A DNA stretch of 64,000 nt from Caecitellus pseudoparvulus (taxonomy: Eukaryota; Protista; Bigyra: Bicosoecida), in assembly GCA_965644315.1 (NCBI GenBank), contig CBFFRQ010000069.1:496001-560000 (forward strand), written 5' to 3'. The notes under the pieces were generated by a model. That model was given only the letters and a program-made list of their open reading frames with translations, was not told the DNA's origin and made no database searches. Below, one piece after another: positions 55,053 through 64,000 of the stretch. A program made the translations under genes and the position numbers. How positions within the stretch are numbered: the first letter of the stretch is position 1; each line of letters opens with the position of its first letter.

Positions 55053-56400
55053 TCAGTTTTCTGTGACTGCTTGCACACCGCCGTACCTGGACAGGTGAGC
55101 CCGCACCGCCGCCAGAGCTGCCTGCTTCTTGTCTCGCCAGGCTCGGTAGTCAGCTTCACAGCTGAATGTGTGTCCACACACATAGATCGACCAGGCTTCA
55201 GAGCCACTGGTGGCTGTGCCGGCCCTGCGTCGAGGAGGTGAAGGCGGGCTGGCTCCGACCCCTTGGTCAGACGAAGCCGGCAGCACCGGCGAGGCGGGAG
55301 GCTTGCTCGGCGGCGTGGCTGACGTGGCATCAGTGCTGACAAAGTCAGGGTGCACCAACGAGGTGGCTTCCGCCACCTGATCCACGCTCAGAACGCCAAC
55401 GCGGCACAGCGCCGTCATAACGTCCTCCAGGATTTGCGCTTCGACGTGGCCAGTGGAGGCGTATGTCACGGTGGCGAACCAAGCCTGAGCATCGGCGTGC
55501 TTCAGCCCGTAGTGTGCCGCAACCTCTGCAATGCTTGCTTTGGCATCTGCTTTGAAGGCAGCACATGCCTGGCGCACGACGTGCAGCATGCGGTGCAGAG
55601 GCGCCAGGTTCTGGTCCACCCACCCACGCCTTGCAGCAATCATGAAGCAGGGCCAGGGGGTGGGAATGTCCCCCACGTGCGTTACTTCTCGGGCCAGCCA
55701 GAACGGCTTGGTGGTGAAGTGCTCCCAAAGGAAGTACCCAGCCTCCCCCTCGTTCACTCCTCGTCGCAGGCCAGTGAAGTCTCCCAGCACCTTGAAATCC
55801 AGAGAGGACGCATCCCAACCTTCGCGTTCTGCCAGCAGGAAAGCCATCAGGTGGGATCCTGATCCCAGCCTGGACACCCCAACTGGCGTGCCGGAGAGGG
55901 AGGACAGCTCTCCTTCACATGTGCCTGCAGCCACAATGGACCACAAGAGGGGCGAGGTCACGAAGGGCGAGATGATGACGACATCATCATCCGATCCATC
56001 GTTCCCATTCAGCATGTTGGCGATGATGCCCTCGGTCAGCGCGATGGCAACGTCCACCTGTCCCCCCCGCAGTGCAGCCATCATCGCTCCAGTGCCGCCC
56101 GGCACGTTGTGCCACGTGACCTGCACAGGGGAAGCAAGCACAGGATGGAGAGTGGAAAACATGCTTGGAACGCCACAATGGGCGCCCGCTGGGCAAAAAT
56201 CCCGCTTACAAGGCTTGCAGACAGCGTACAGAAGGTGGAAACGCGACAGCAACATTTTCCGCACCACGCCAACTCACACTCAAGCCTTGCTCAGCCCACA
56301 GGCCTTGCTCCCGAGCCATGTGCCAGGGACGGTTGAAGTGCTCGGGAACACCCCCCACATTGACGTGCACCAGCGCAGTGGGCCCGACTGAGGCTGCCAT
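55053..56400 (-). CDS. Ca3427-like type-2 periplasmic-binding-fold (NMT1/SsuA-like) protein (exons 56400-56278, 56120-55053)
   Basis: VGGVPEHFNRPW, PGGTGAM, DVAIALTEG, TSPLLW, GVSRLGSGSHLMA, FLWEHFTTKP, TPWPCFMIA. Confidence 0.88.
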
Positions 56401-56722
56401 GGTGCGCTGCCTCCGCCTCGTCCGAGTCTGCACCTTCCCTCACGTTATCGAGGACGGCCAGGCAGAATCTAGCTTCTCGGCACTGCGAGCTCAGTGCAGC
56501 CCTCGCCCAAGACAAGCAAGCAGCTGCTGGAAACCCAATCCATGTCGGGATAGGCAGAGGTAGTTCTTCAGGCGGTGGGATTTTTTGGCAGGGGAGTGAT
56601 GTGCCTGCCTCTCTCTCTGCTACGCTGTACCGGCCGTCAAAACCCAACGCTACGAACCAACCCTGCAACCTGAGGGCTCCTTCTGCACAGCTTGCCCCTG
56701 CTGTGCAGATTGCGAAGTGCAA

Positions 56723-59443
56723 ATGAGGACCCGCACCACTCGCGGGACTGCCGACCAAGCTCTCGACGCGCCTCTGCTGTCGACGGCCTCAGTCCCAGGC
56801 ACAGCCGAAGCAGACCCGCAGCCCGTTGGCTCCGTTGCAAGCATGCTTGGCGAAGCGCCTTCCCCCACCCGCGCGACCACTGCCAGCGCCCTAAGGCAGC
56901 AGAAGCAAACGAGCAAGGGGGACATCCGCTTGAAAGATGGCGAAATCAACCCTTTCATGTCCACAGGAGCGCGGAACTGCTCCGAGCTTTCGTGAGCAGT
57001 GCACCCAATTGGCCCGCTCGATTGAGCAGGCGTTGCAGCACCCCTGATTACCCGCGATCCGCAGATGTGGAGAGCTGGCCACGATGATCATCCTGTGCTT
57101 GACTGGCGTCGTGCTCCTCCGCATCATCATCGTTGCTTGTGAGGAGCTCGCAACGTGTCTCGGCGTTGCTTGCGACTTCCGCTCCACCCCGCCGTTTGCC
57201 TGGCGCAGTGGCCTTGCTGCTGATGCTGATCTGGATCAATGTGGTCATGTGCTGTTTTACACCTTATGACGAAGAAGGGAACCTTGTGTGCGTTTGCCTG
57301 CTCTCCTCACCGCTGACGGGCTGGTGATCGCACCCGCCTCTCGATGCCCTGGCGCAGACATATGCACCCCTGCAGGCGCCTGTGCCTGCAGCCCATCTCG
57401 TGGGGTGCACGCACTATCCTCTTTGCCTACGGCTACATGTGGATCACGGAGGAGTTTCCTGAGGGGACGGGGGCTTGCTGTGGCTGTGGAACTCGCTTCC
57501 CCAGGGACTTCAACGCGCTGCAGGTGGATGGCGGCACACGGGCAGGCACACCTGGGCAGTCCCTGCCATGGATGCAGAGCCGCAGAGGCTGCCAGTTCTG
57601 CAGTTCCTGCGAATGCCCCTATCATTCCTGCTTCGATGCGTGCCTGTGGGATGGCTGCTGTGTCTGCGGGTACCTGCGTCGGCGGGACATCCCGCGCATC
57701 GTCGTGGGCAACCACGTCACCTTCCTGGATGCCTTGTTCATGGCCAGCCGCCTCATCCCCACCTTTGTCATGCAGGCAGACATCGTCAATTTCCCCGTCA
57801 TTGGGGCGGCCTTGGGCGCGCTGCAGCCCATCCTCGTTCCCCGCACCAAGGAGCAAGCTGCGCGCTTACCCCGACCCCGCACCCAGCTGGTGAACCGGGC
57901 GCAAGACCCTGCTGCCATCCACTTCCCACCTGTGTTGCTGTTTCCCGAAGGCACGACGTCCCACCCAGGCACTGTGATGCAGTTTCAAAACGGCGCCTTC
58001 CTCCCAGGTCGCACGGTGCAGCCAGTGGCGCTGCACTACAAGTGGAAGCGCTTTGACCCCACTTGGTCCGGAGACATCGGCCCCATCTGGCTGGCTTGGC
58101 GGTGCATCACCACTGTGTACAACACACTGCACGTGCAGTACCTGCCCCCGTACATGCCTTGCGCTGAGGAGGCGGCAGACCCCACCGCCTTTGCGCGCAG
58201 TGTGCGGGATAGCGTCGCTGCAGCGTTGGGCTCAGCCACCATGGACCTGTCTGACAAAGATTCTGTGTTGGTCTCTGACCTCATTCGGACGCATGGCCTG
58301 GGGAACTATGCGCTGGCGAATATCCTGTCCACGTTGGGCACTCGCCAGGCGGCCTACGCAGTCAAGCAGCATTACCGCGATCTCGCGAAGCTAGTGAGCA
58401 AGTTCCGCGAAGCTGATGAAGACGCCGACGGGCGCATCAATGTGACACAGTTTCAGCAAGTCATGTGTGCGCCCATGAATGCCCCAGGCCTGGACGAAAC
58501 GCAGGGCGGCATGCCCACGACCTTGGAGGAGCGGAACTTGCACACGCTCTTCGCGCTGTTTGACACGGATGGAGACGGGTACATAAACTACAGAGAGCTT
58601 ATTCTTGGCATTGCCACGGCACTCGGTCGAAACGAGGCTGTTGACGCGCAAGACACCGCGATCACCGTCTCGGCCCGCAGTGAGGAGGACTCCTCGCCGT
58701 GGTCCATCGACCTTGACGTGCCGGAGAGCGTCCGCGCCCAGCTGGAAATCGCCTTTGCGGTGTATGACAGCAATGCTGATGGCATGGTTTCCATCTCAGA
58801 GCTGACAAAGGTCATGCTGCGCTTGCAGTTGGCTGCACAAGCCAGCGCTGCCGTGCAGGCAAGCGTGTCTTCGCCCGGCACCAGTGCTCGTGAGCAAGAG
58901 TCTTCCTCTCAAGTCGCCCCTGCCGAGGTGGGGGGAACCCTGCCAGGTGCCCGGCTTGCCGGCACACCCTTACCGCCCGGCGCAGAAGCTGCCGCCCTCG
59001 GCATCGTGCAAGCACGCCTCGGCCAGCTGCTGCAGGTGGTGGACTGGGGAGAGCACCAGCCCCGCCACGCTGATGGATCCGAGTGGAAGCCCGGGCAGCC
59101 CTATGATGACGTGAAGCTGTCGTTTGAGCATTTCGTGAGGCTCGCCCTGAAGGTCCGCCCACTGGAGCCCAGGGCGCACCTTGACGTGGAGGAGGGCGGC
59201 GAAGCCGCCGGCACGGACGTGCCACCACCCCCCGCTGAGCATCCCGAGGGCCCTCCACAGCTGCACACTCGCCAGGACTCGTTGGCTGAAGCGTGGACAC
59301 TTGTCGTCGGCTCAGCGGTCAAAGACTTGCATTCACAGGTGGGCCTCTCTCTCCCCGGCACCCCACGGGTCCCTGAGAGTGCGCGTGCAGCACGTCAGAT
59401 TGCGGGCGATGAAGAAGCCAAGGTGCACCCTCCAGCGCCATGA
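56723..59443 (+). CDS. LPCAT1/2-type lysophospholipid acyltransferase with C-terminal EF-hands (exons 56723-56991, 57065-57138, 57209-57287, 57358-59443)
   Basis: NPF plus N-terminal TM, NHVTFLD (HX4D), FPEGTT, FQNGAFLPG..VQPV; EF loops DEDADGRIN, DTDGDGYINYRE, DSNADGMVSISE. Three frame-preserving GT-AG introns. Confidence 0.92.
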
Positions 59444-59893
59444 CTGCATGCTCTGCACAGGGCATCGCCCCCGTCTTTGCCGGGCAGGTGGCAGCCCATC
59501 AAGCCTGCCGCCTCACCTGGTCGGGCTAGAACCTCCTCGGCCAAGTGCTTGGCGTAGCGTGTTACCTGTGATTTCATCAATTCACCTCAAGGGCTGCCTC
59601 CCAATGCCCTTGGTGTGGGCGAAACATGTCCTATTCAGGTGCGCAGCCAGAGGCCCCCCCCCACCCAACTTCGGTCGGTGGCGAGTTATGCTTTCAAGGC
59701 AAAGTTTGTGCTTGCCCACAATGATCTCTACGTTTGCACTACCTTCATGTGAGGGCTCATGCCACCTTCCCTTGCCTACGGCTGCTCTGCCCTGAGCACC
59801 TGGATCAACACTCCCATCCATCTCACTCTTTCCATACTTGTCGCAGCACTTGTACACCACAGATTCCCTGCTTTGCCTTTCCATCTTTCTAAC

Positions 59894-61070
59894 ATGGCAG
59901 CATCGCCTTCTGTAGGTGTGCGCGCCCGGCGTTTCCCGCGTCAGAGTTTCCACTTGACTCTCCCCACTCACAGCGCGCGACACTGCGAAGTACGAAGAAG
60001 AGCGGGAAGCAAGCCCACAGCACGAATCAACTAGAGACAATTCTCCTCGGCTCAGCTAGTCGGCGAGGGACGGAGAGCTGGGTTCGTTTCAGGGCTCCGG
60101 GTGAGTTCGGGGCTCCTTCTGGTTCGCTTCTGGCGCGGCGGATGATGACCTGCTGGCAAGCCCACCGCAGGACCTGGGACCTACAGAATTCCTGACAGTG
60201 TCGGTCCACAAGCGCTTAGCACAGCGAGGAATCCATCTCAGGTTTGTACGTCGTGCATTTGAGATGTCTAGCAAGCGAGATTGGATGGCACGCACCCTCT
60301 ATGCACGATCCCTACAGCATTCGGCACTGCGCCCCAGCGGGACAGCGACGCCTTACTGTCTTCTACCCCTGGTCCAGGCGCGTACTACAACCCCAACGTA
60401 CAGCTGTCCCGTGTGCTATCGACTCAGAGGCGGGTCAAAGCGCCGGCGATGGCAGGCAGGGAGAAGTTCGGCGAACCAAGCCCGCTTGACGAGCGCAGCA
60501 CATACCCGGGGCCAGGTGCGTGCCGATCAGTCGTTTGTGTACACGAGCTGGTTTCACAGCCAGCTAGAATCTGCATGCACAGGAGCGTACCCCAATGCGA
60601 GGAACCCGATGCACGTGGCTGCGCCTTGCCCTCGCCTGCTCGGTAGGCTTCCAGACCCTCAGGGGCGAGAGACATCCAGAGAGACACCAGCCCCAGGGAC
60701 GTACAACATCTCCGGCGGTCTTGGGAAGCAAGTGATCAGCACGCGGAGCTCTGCAAGGTCTGCAAGCTTTGGGGTAGGCAGTCGGCCACCTGCTCAAGTT
60801 GCCGACAAGCATGGGTGCACTGCTGCACCAGGAGAGTACGCACTCCGCGACTCAATGGGAAGTCAAGCTCTTTCGACTAAACCTTCTGCTAGAGCTGCTA
60901 CGATTCGGTCTCGGCGCCAGCAGCCAACGAAGCCAGCAAGCAATAGAACTGGACCAGGCTGCTACGCCGTGCAGCAGGCGATGGGGAAGCAAGTGAGCAG
61001 CAGGCACCGATCAGGCCCTGCAGCATCGCTCTCAGGCCGAACCAAGTTTGGCAGCCCCTACTATATCTGA
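59894..61070 (+). CDS. SHIPPO/PG-rich repeat (ODF3/STPG-like) ciliary protein (exons 59894-59917, 59974-60100, 60171-60245, 60318-60515, 60583-61070)
   Basis: Six PGPGxY/APGxY repeats, mostly followed by GxQxxST...SF/FG. Four GT-AG introns give one continuous frame, and two of the junctions rebuild PGPG motifs. Confidence 0.85.
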
Positions 61071-61517
61071 GCCGCTCCACCAGCGACTGGACCAGCCTGC
61101 TGTTGTGCGGGGACATCACCAGTCTGTACCTGCTTCATCGGCATCGTTCACGGAGGGGTGGTGCAGCCCTTTGCTAGAAGCAGAATGGCTGCCTTTGTCT
61201 TTCGACCCGCCACACACTTTTGTTTGATGGGATTGACCCGACAGTCGCGTGGTCAACATCGCCCCCCTGCCATGAGCACATATTGCACGTGGTTGCGTCA
61301 AGAGCTGGTCCCAGCGTGCACCATCACCAAACATCACAGGCCTGCGTCGCGACAGGACGGAGGTCCGGTCCCGACTGCGAGTTCTGCATAGAATCCAAGT
61401 TCCTCCAGGTGGGTGCAGCTTTCCAAACTTGCGGCGTCTCTCGCCCAGCACGGCGACGGTTGTGTCGCTGAGGCTGATTCCGCACCCCGCCGCTCGGCCT
61501 TGCCTTGCAGCACAAGC

Positions 61518-64000
61518 ATGCCTCGGCGCAAGCGCCTTGCCAAGAAGCGCTTCACGGTAGAAGACGGTGAGGTACTTGGATCCCCAAGTGCTTCGCCCAG
61601 CTCAGGCCGCGTCAAGTGGGTCTCGGGGAAGCCGCCACCCAACCGTCGTGGCAGCATTGTGCCGTGGCTGCCACCTGGTGAGGTTGCTGCTGCCGGCGAG
61701 GCGCTTGCCGCCGCTTCCAAGCCACGAGGTCCTCCCCAACCCACTGCTGTTCGACAGCCCGGCGACACAACCCGGGCAGGCAAGCCAGGCGTGAAGCCAT
61801 CTCCCCCTTCGCTGCAGAAGCGGGATGTTGCTGGGAGCGAAGCAGCCGATGGCGGCCGGCAGAGTGCTCAGGGGAGCCCTGTCTCCCAGAAGAAGAAAAA
61901 GAGTAGAGACAACCTACGGCCTCCACCCCAACCAAAAGGGAAACACCTCGGTGGGGCCTCAAAGCAAGTGGCAGCTGGAGCGTCGGTTTGGACTCAACGT
62001 GCTCAGCGCCGATCCGTCGACGCATCAGAGCAAGGTGGTGCACAGCCTGCAGGGCAGACGCCTTCGTCAAGCACACCCTCTTCTCCTCAGGGCCAAGAAG
62101 TCCTTGCTTCCCGTGAAAGCGGTATGGAGCAGTCAGCACACAAAGCCACAACAGGCAAGCAGGGCGGCAAAGGCGGCCGGCGACAGCGCAAGGCACGCAA
62201 AGGGAAGGGTGCCAGCGCAGCCACTGAAGTGAGCGACATGCCAACGTCCGTCCCACTTGCAGTGGGATCAGAGGATGAGGCTGGTGATGCTTCAGTCGAA
62301 GCCGTTGGCGCACCTGCGGACCGCGCCGACCAGGATCATGGGCCAGACACCACCGCTGAAGGCGCAGCTGAGGGTGATGTGACCACGGCCGAGGGCGCAG
62401 CTGAGGGTGATGTGACCACGGCTGAGGGCGATGATGCCGCAGCTGAGGGCGCAGCTGAGGGTGATGTGACCACGGCTGAGGGCGCAGCTGAGGGTGATGT
62501 GACCACGGCTGAGGGCGCAGCTGAGGGTGATGTGACCACGGCTGAGGGCGCAGCTGAGGGTGATGTGACCACGGCTGAGGGCGCAGCTGAGGGCGATGAT
62601 GCCGCAGCTGAGGGCGCAGCTGAGGGTGATGTGACCACGGCCGAGGGCGCAGCTGAGGGTGATGTGACCACGGCTGAGGGCGCAGCTGAGGGTGATGTGA
62701 CCACGGCTGAGGGCGCAGCTGAGGGTGATGATGCCGCAGCTGAGGGCGCAGCTGAGGGTGATGTGACCACGGCCGAGGGTGATGTGACCACGGCCGAGGG
62801 CGCAGCTGAGGGTGATATGACCACGGCCGAGGGCGCAGCTGAGGGTGATGTGACCACGGCCGAGGGCGCAGCTGAGGGTGATGTGACCACGGCCGAGGGC
62901 GCAGCTGAGGGTGATGTGACCACGGCCGAGGGCGCAGCTGAGGGTGATGTGACCACGGCCGAGGGCGCAGCTGAGGGTGATGTGACCACGGCTGAGGGCG
63001 CAGCTGAGGGTGATGTGACCACGGCTGAGGGCGCAGCTGAGGGTGATGTGACCACGGCTGAGGGCGATGATGAGGGCGATGTGACCACGGCTGAGGGCGA
63101 TGATGAGGGCGATGTGACCACGGCTGAGGGCGCAGCTGAGGGTGATGTGACCACGGCTGAGGGCGCAGCTGAGGGTGATGTGACCACGGCTGAGGGCGCA
63201 GCTGAGGGTGATGTGACCACGGCCGAGGGCGCAGCTGAGGGCGATGTGACCACGGCTGAGGGCGCAGCTGAGGGTGATGTGACCACGGCCGAGGGCGCAG
63301 CTGAGGGCGATGTGACCACGGCTGAGGGCGATGATGAGGGCGATGTGACCACGGCTGAGGGCGCAGCTGAGGGTGATGTGACCACGGCTGAGGGCGCAGC
63401 TGAGGGTGATGTGACCACGGCCGAGGGCGCAGCTGAGGGTGATGTGACCACGGCCGAGGGCGCAGCTGAGGGCGATGTGACCACGGCTGAGGGCGCAGCT
63501 GAGGGTGATGTGACCACGGCCGAGGGCGCAGCTGAGGGCGATGTGACCACGGCTGAGGGCGATGATGAGGGCGATGTGACCACGGCTGAGGGCGCAGCTG
63601 AGGGCGATGTGACCACGGCCGAGGGCGCAGCTGAGGGCGATGTGACCACGGCTGAGGGCGCAGCTGAGGGTGATGTGACCACGGCCGAGGGCGCAGCTGA
63701 GGGCGATGTGACCACGGCTGAGGGCGATGATGAGGGCGATGTGACCACGGCTGAGGGCGCAGCTGAGGGCGATGTGACCACGGCTGAGGGCGCAGCTGAG
63801 GGTGATATGACCACGGCCGAGGGCGCAGCTGAGGGCGATGTGACCACGGCTGAGGGCGCAGCTGAGGGCGATGTGACCACGGCTGAGGGCGCAGCTGAGG
63901 GTGATGTGACCACGGCTGAGGGCGATGATGAGGGCGATGTGACCACGGCTGAGGGCGATGATGAGGGCGATGTGACCACGGCTGAGGGCGCAGCTGAGGG
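61518..64000 (+). CDS. Protein with a basic disordered N-terminus followed by a long acidic (EGAAEGDVTTA)n repeat; 3'-truncated, start uncertain
   Basis: Frame open from ATG 61518 (MPRRKRLAKKRF) through about 275 non-repeat codons into the repeat and off the edge; absent from the track because there is no stop in the window. Confidence 0.7.
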   Translation, partial: MPRRKRLAKKRFTVEDGEVLGSPSASPSSGRVKWVSGKPPPNRRGSIVPWLPPGEVAAAGEALAAASKPRGPPQPTAVRQPGDTTRAGKPGVKPSPPSLQKRDVAGSEAADGGRQSAQGSPVSQKKKKSRDNLRPPPQPKGKHLGGASKQVAAGASVWTQRAQRRSVDASEQGGAQPAGQTPSSSTPSSPQGQEVLASRESGMEQSAHKATTGKQGGKGGRRQRKARKGKGASAATEVSDMPTSVPLAVGSEDEAGDASVEAVGAPADRADQDHGPDTTAEGAAEGDVTTAEGAAEGDVTTAEGDDAAAEGAAEGDVTTAEGAAEGDVTTAEGAAEGDVTTAEGAAEGDVTTAEGAAEGDDAAAEGAAEGDVTTAEGAAEGDVTTAEGAAEGDVTTAEGAAEGDDAAAEGAAEGDVTTAEGDVTTAEGAAEGDMTTAEGAAEGDVTTAEGAAEGDVTTAEGAAEGDVTTAEGAAEGDVTTAEGAAEGDVTTAEGAAEGDVTTAEGAAEGDVTTAEGDDEGDVTTAEGDDEGDVTTAEGAAEGDVTTAEGAAEGDVTTAEGAAEGDVTTAEGAAEGDVTTAEGAAEGDVTTAEGAAEGDVTTAEGDDEGDVTTAEGAAEGDVTTAEGAAEGDVTTAEGAAEGDVTTAEGAAEGDVTTAEGAAEGDVTTAEGAAEGDVTTAEGDDEGDVTTAEGAAEGDVTTAEGAAEGDVTTAEGAAEGDVTTAEGAAEGDVTTAEGDDEGDVTTAEGAAEGDVTTAEGAAEGDMTTAEGAAEGDVTTAEGAAEGDVTTAEGAAEGDVTTAEGDDEGDVTTAEGDDEGDVTTAEGAAE
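62349..64000. repeat. 33-bp coding minisatellite, about 50 units, continuing past the window edge
   Basis: Unit GAGGGCGCAGCTGAGGGYGATGTGACCACGGCY; variants encode EGDDEGDVTTA, EGDDAAA and EGDMTTA, plus occasional 21-bp units. All indels seen are multiples of 3. Confidence 0.98.

Noticed and set aside
59582-60040. 152-aa minus-strand ORF
   Set aside because: Non-ATG start, overlaps the first SHIPPO exons in antisense, and has no recognisable features.
60198-60646. Apparent frameshift or non-canonical intron in the SHIPPO-repeat gene
   Set aside because: Resolved by canonical GT-AG introns 60246-60317 and 60516-60582.
15203-61070. Functional cluster of Ca2+/lipid genes or ciliary genes
   Set aside because: The genes are interspersed with unrelated housekeeping genes in mixed orientation; no evidence of co-regulation without synteny data.
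62349-64000. Possible CRISPR array or telomeric repeat
   Set aside because: Head-to-tail units with no unique spacers and a codon-preserving structure; no cas genes and no telomere-type unit.

Overview
GC-rich, gene-dense eukaryotic nuclear DNA with short GT-AG introns. Gene content (CEP131, SHIPPO-repeat protein, GH25 lysozyme, AP2 factor, formin with CCDC53-like repeats) suggests a flagellated, probably phagotrophic protist, plausibly a stramenopile; that placement is inference. I support 22 protein-coding genes, with exon models assembled by hand. Two are missing from the ORF track because their stops lie outside the window: an intronless minus-strand ORF of at least 4,981 codons (14943 to <1; ARM-like and PB1-like segments) and a plus-strand ORF from about 61518 running into a 33-bp coding minisatellite. 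Other genes: CAMKMT, MRS2/CorA transporter, a probable ciliary protein, PH-ankyrin-FH2 formin, a 2,020-aa anoctamin, an orphan multipass membrane protein, a probable mitochondrial helical-repeat protein, secreted carboxylesterase, SmG, a PTEN-like/C2/RING-H2 protein, an orphan zinc deaminase, Tim44, a Ca3427-like binding protein and an EF-hand LPCAT. I found no rRNA, tRNA, CRISPR array or transposon, and cannot demonstrate a multi-gene system. Best leads: the anoctamin with a possible SMP/C2-like N-terminus (candidate lipid-transfer plus scramblase fusion), the orphan deaminase, the PTEN-like/RING fusion, the giant ORF, a WW-like module in Tim44, and a formin start codon apparently created by splicing.
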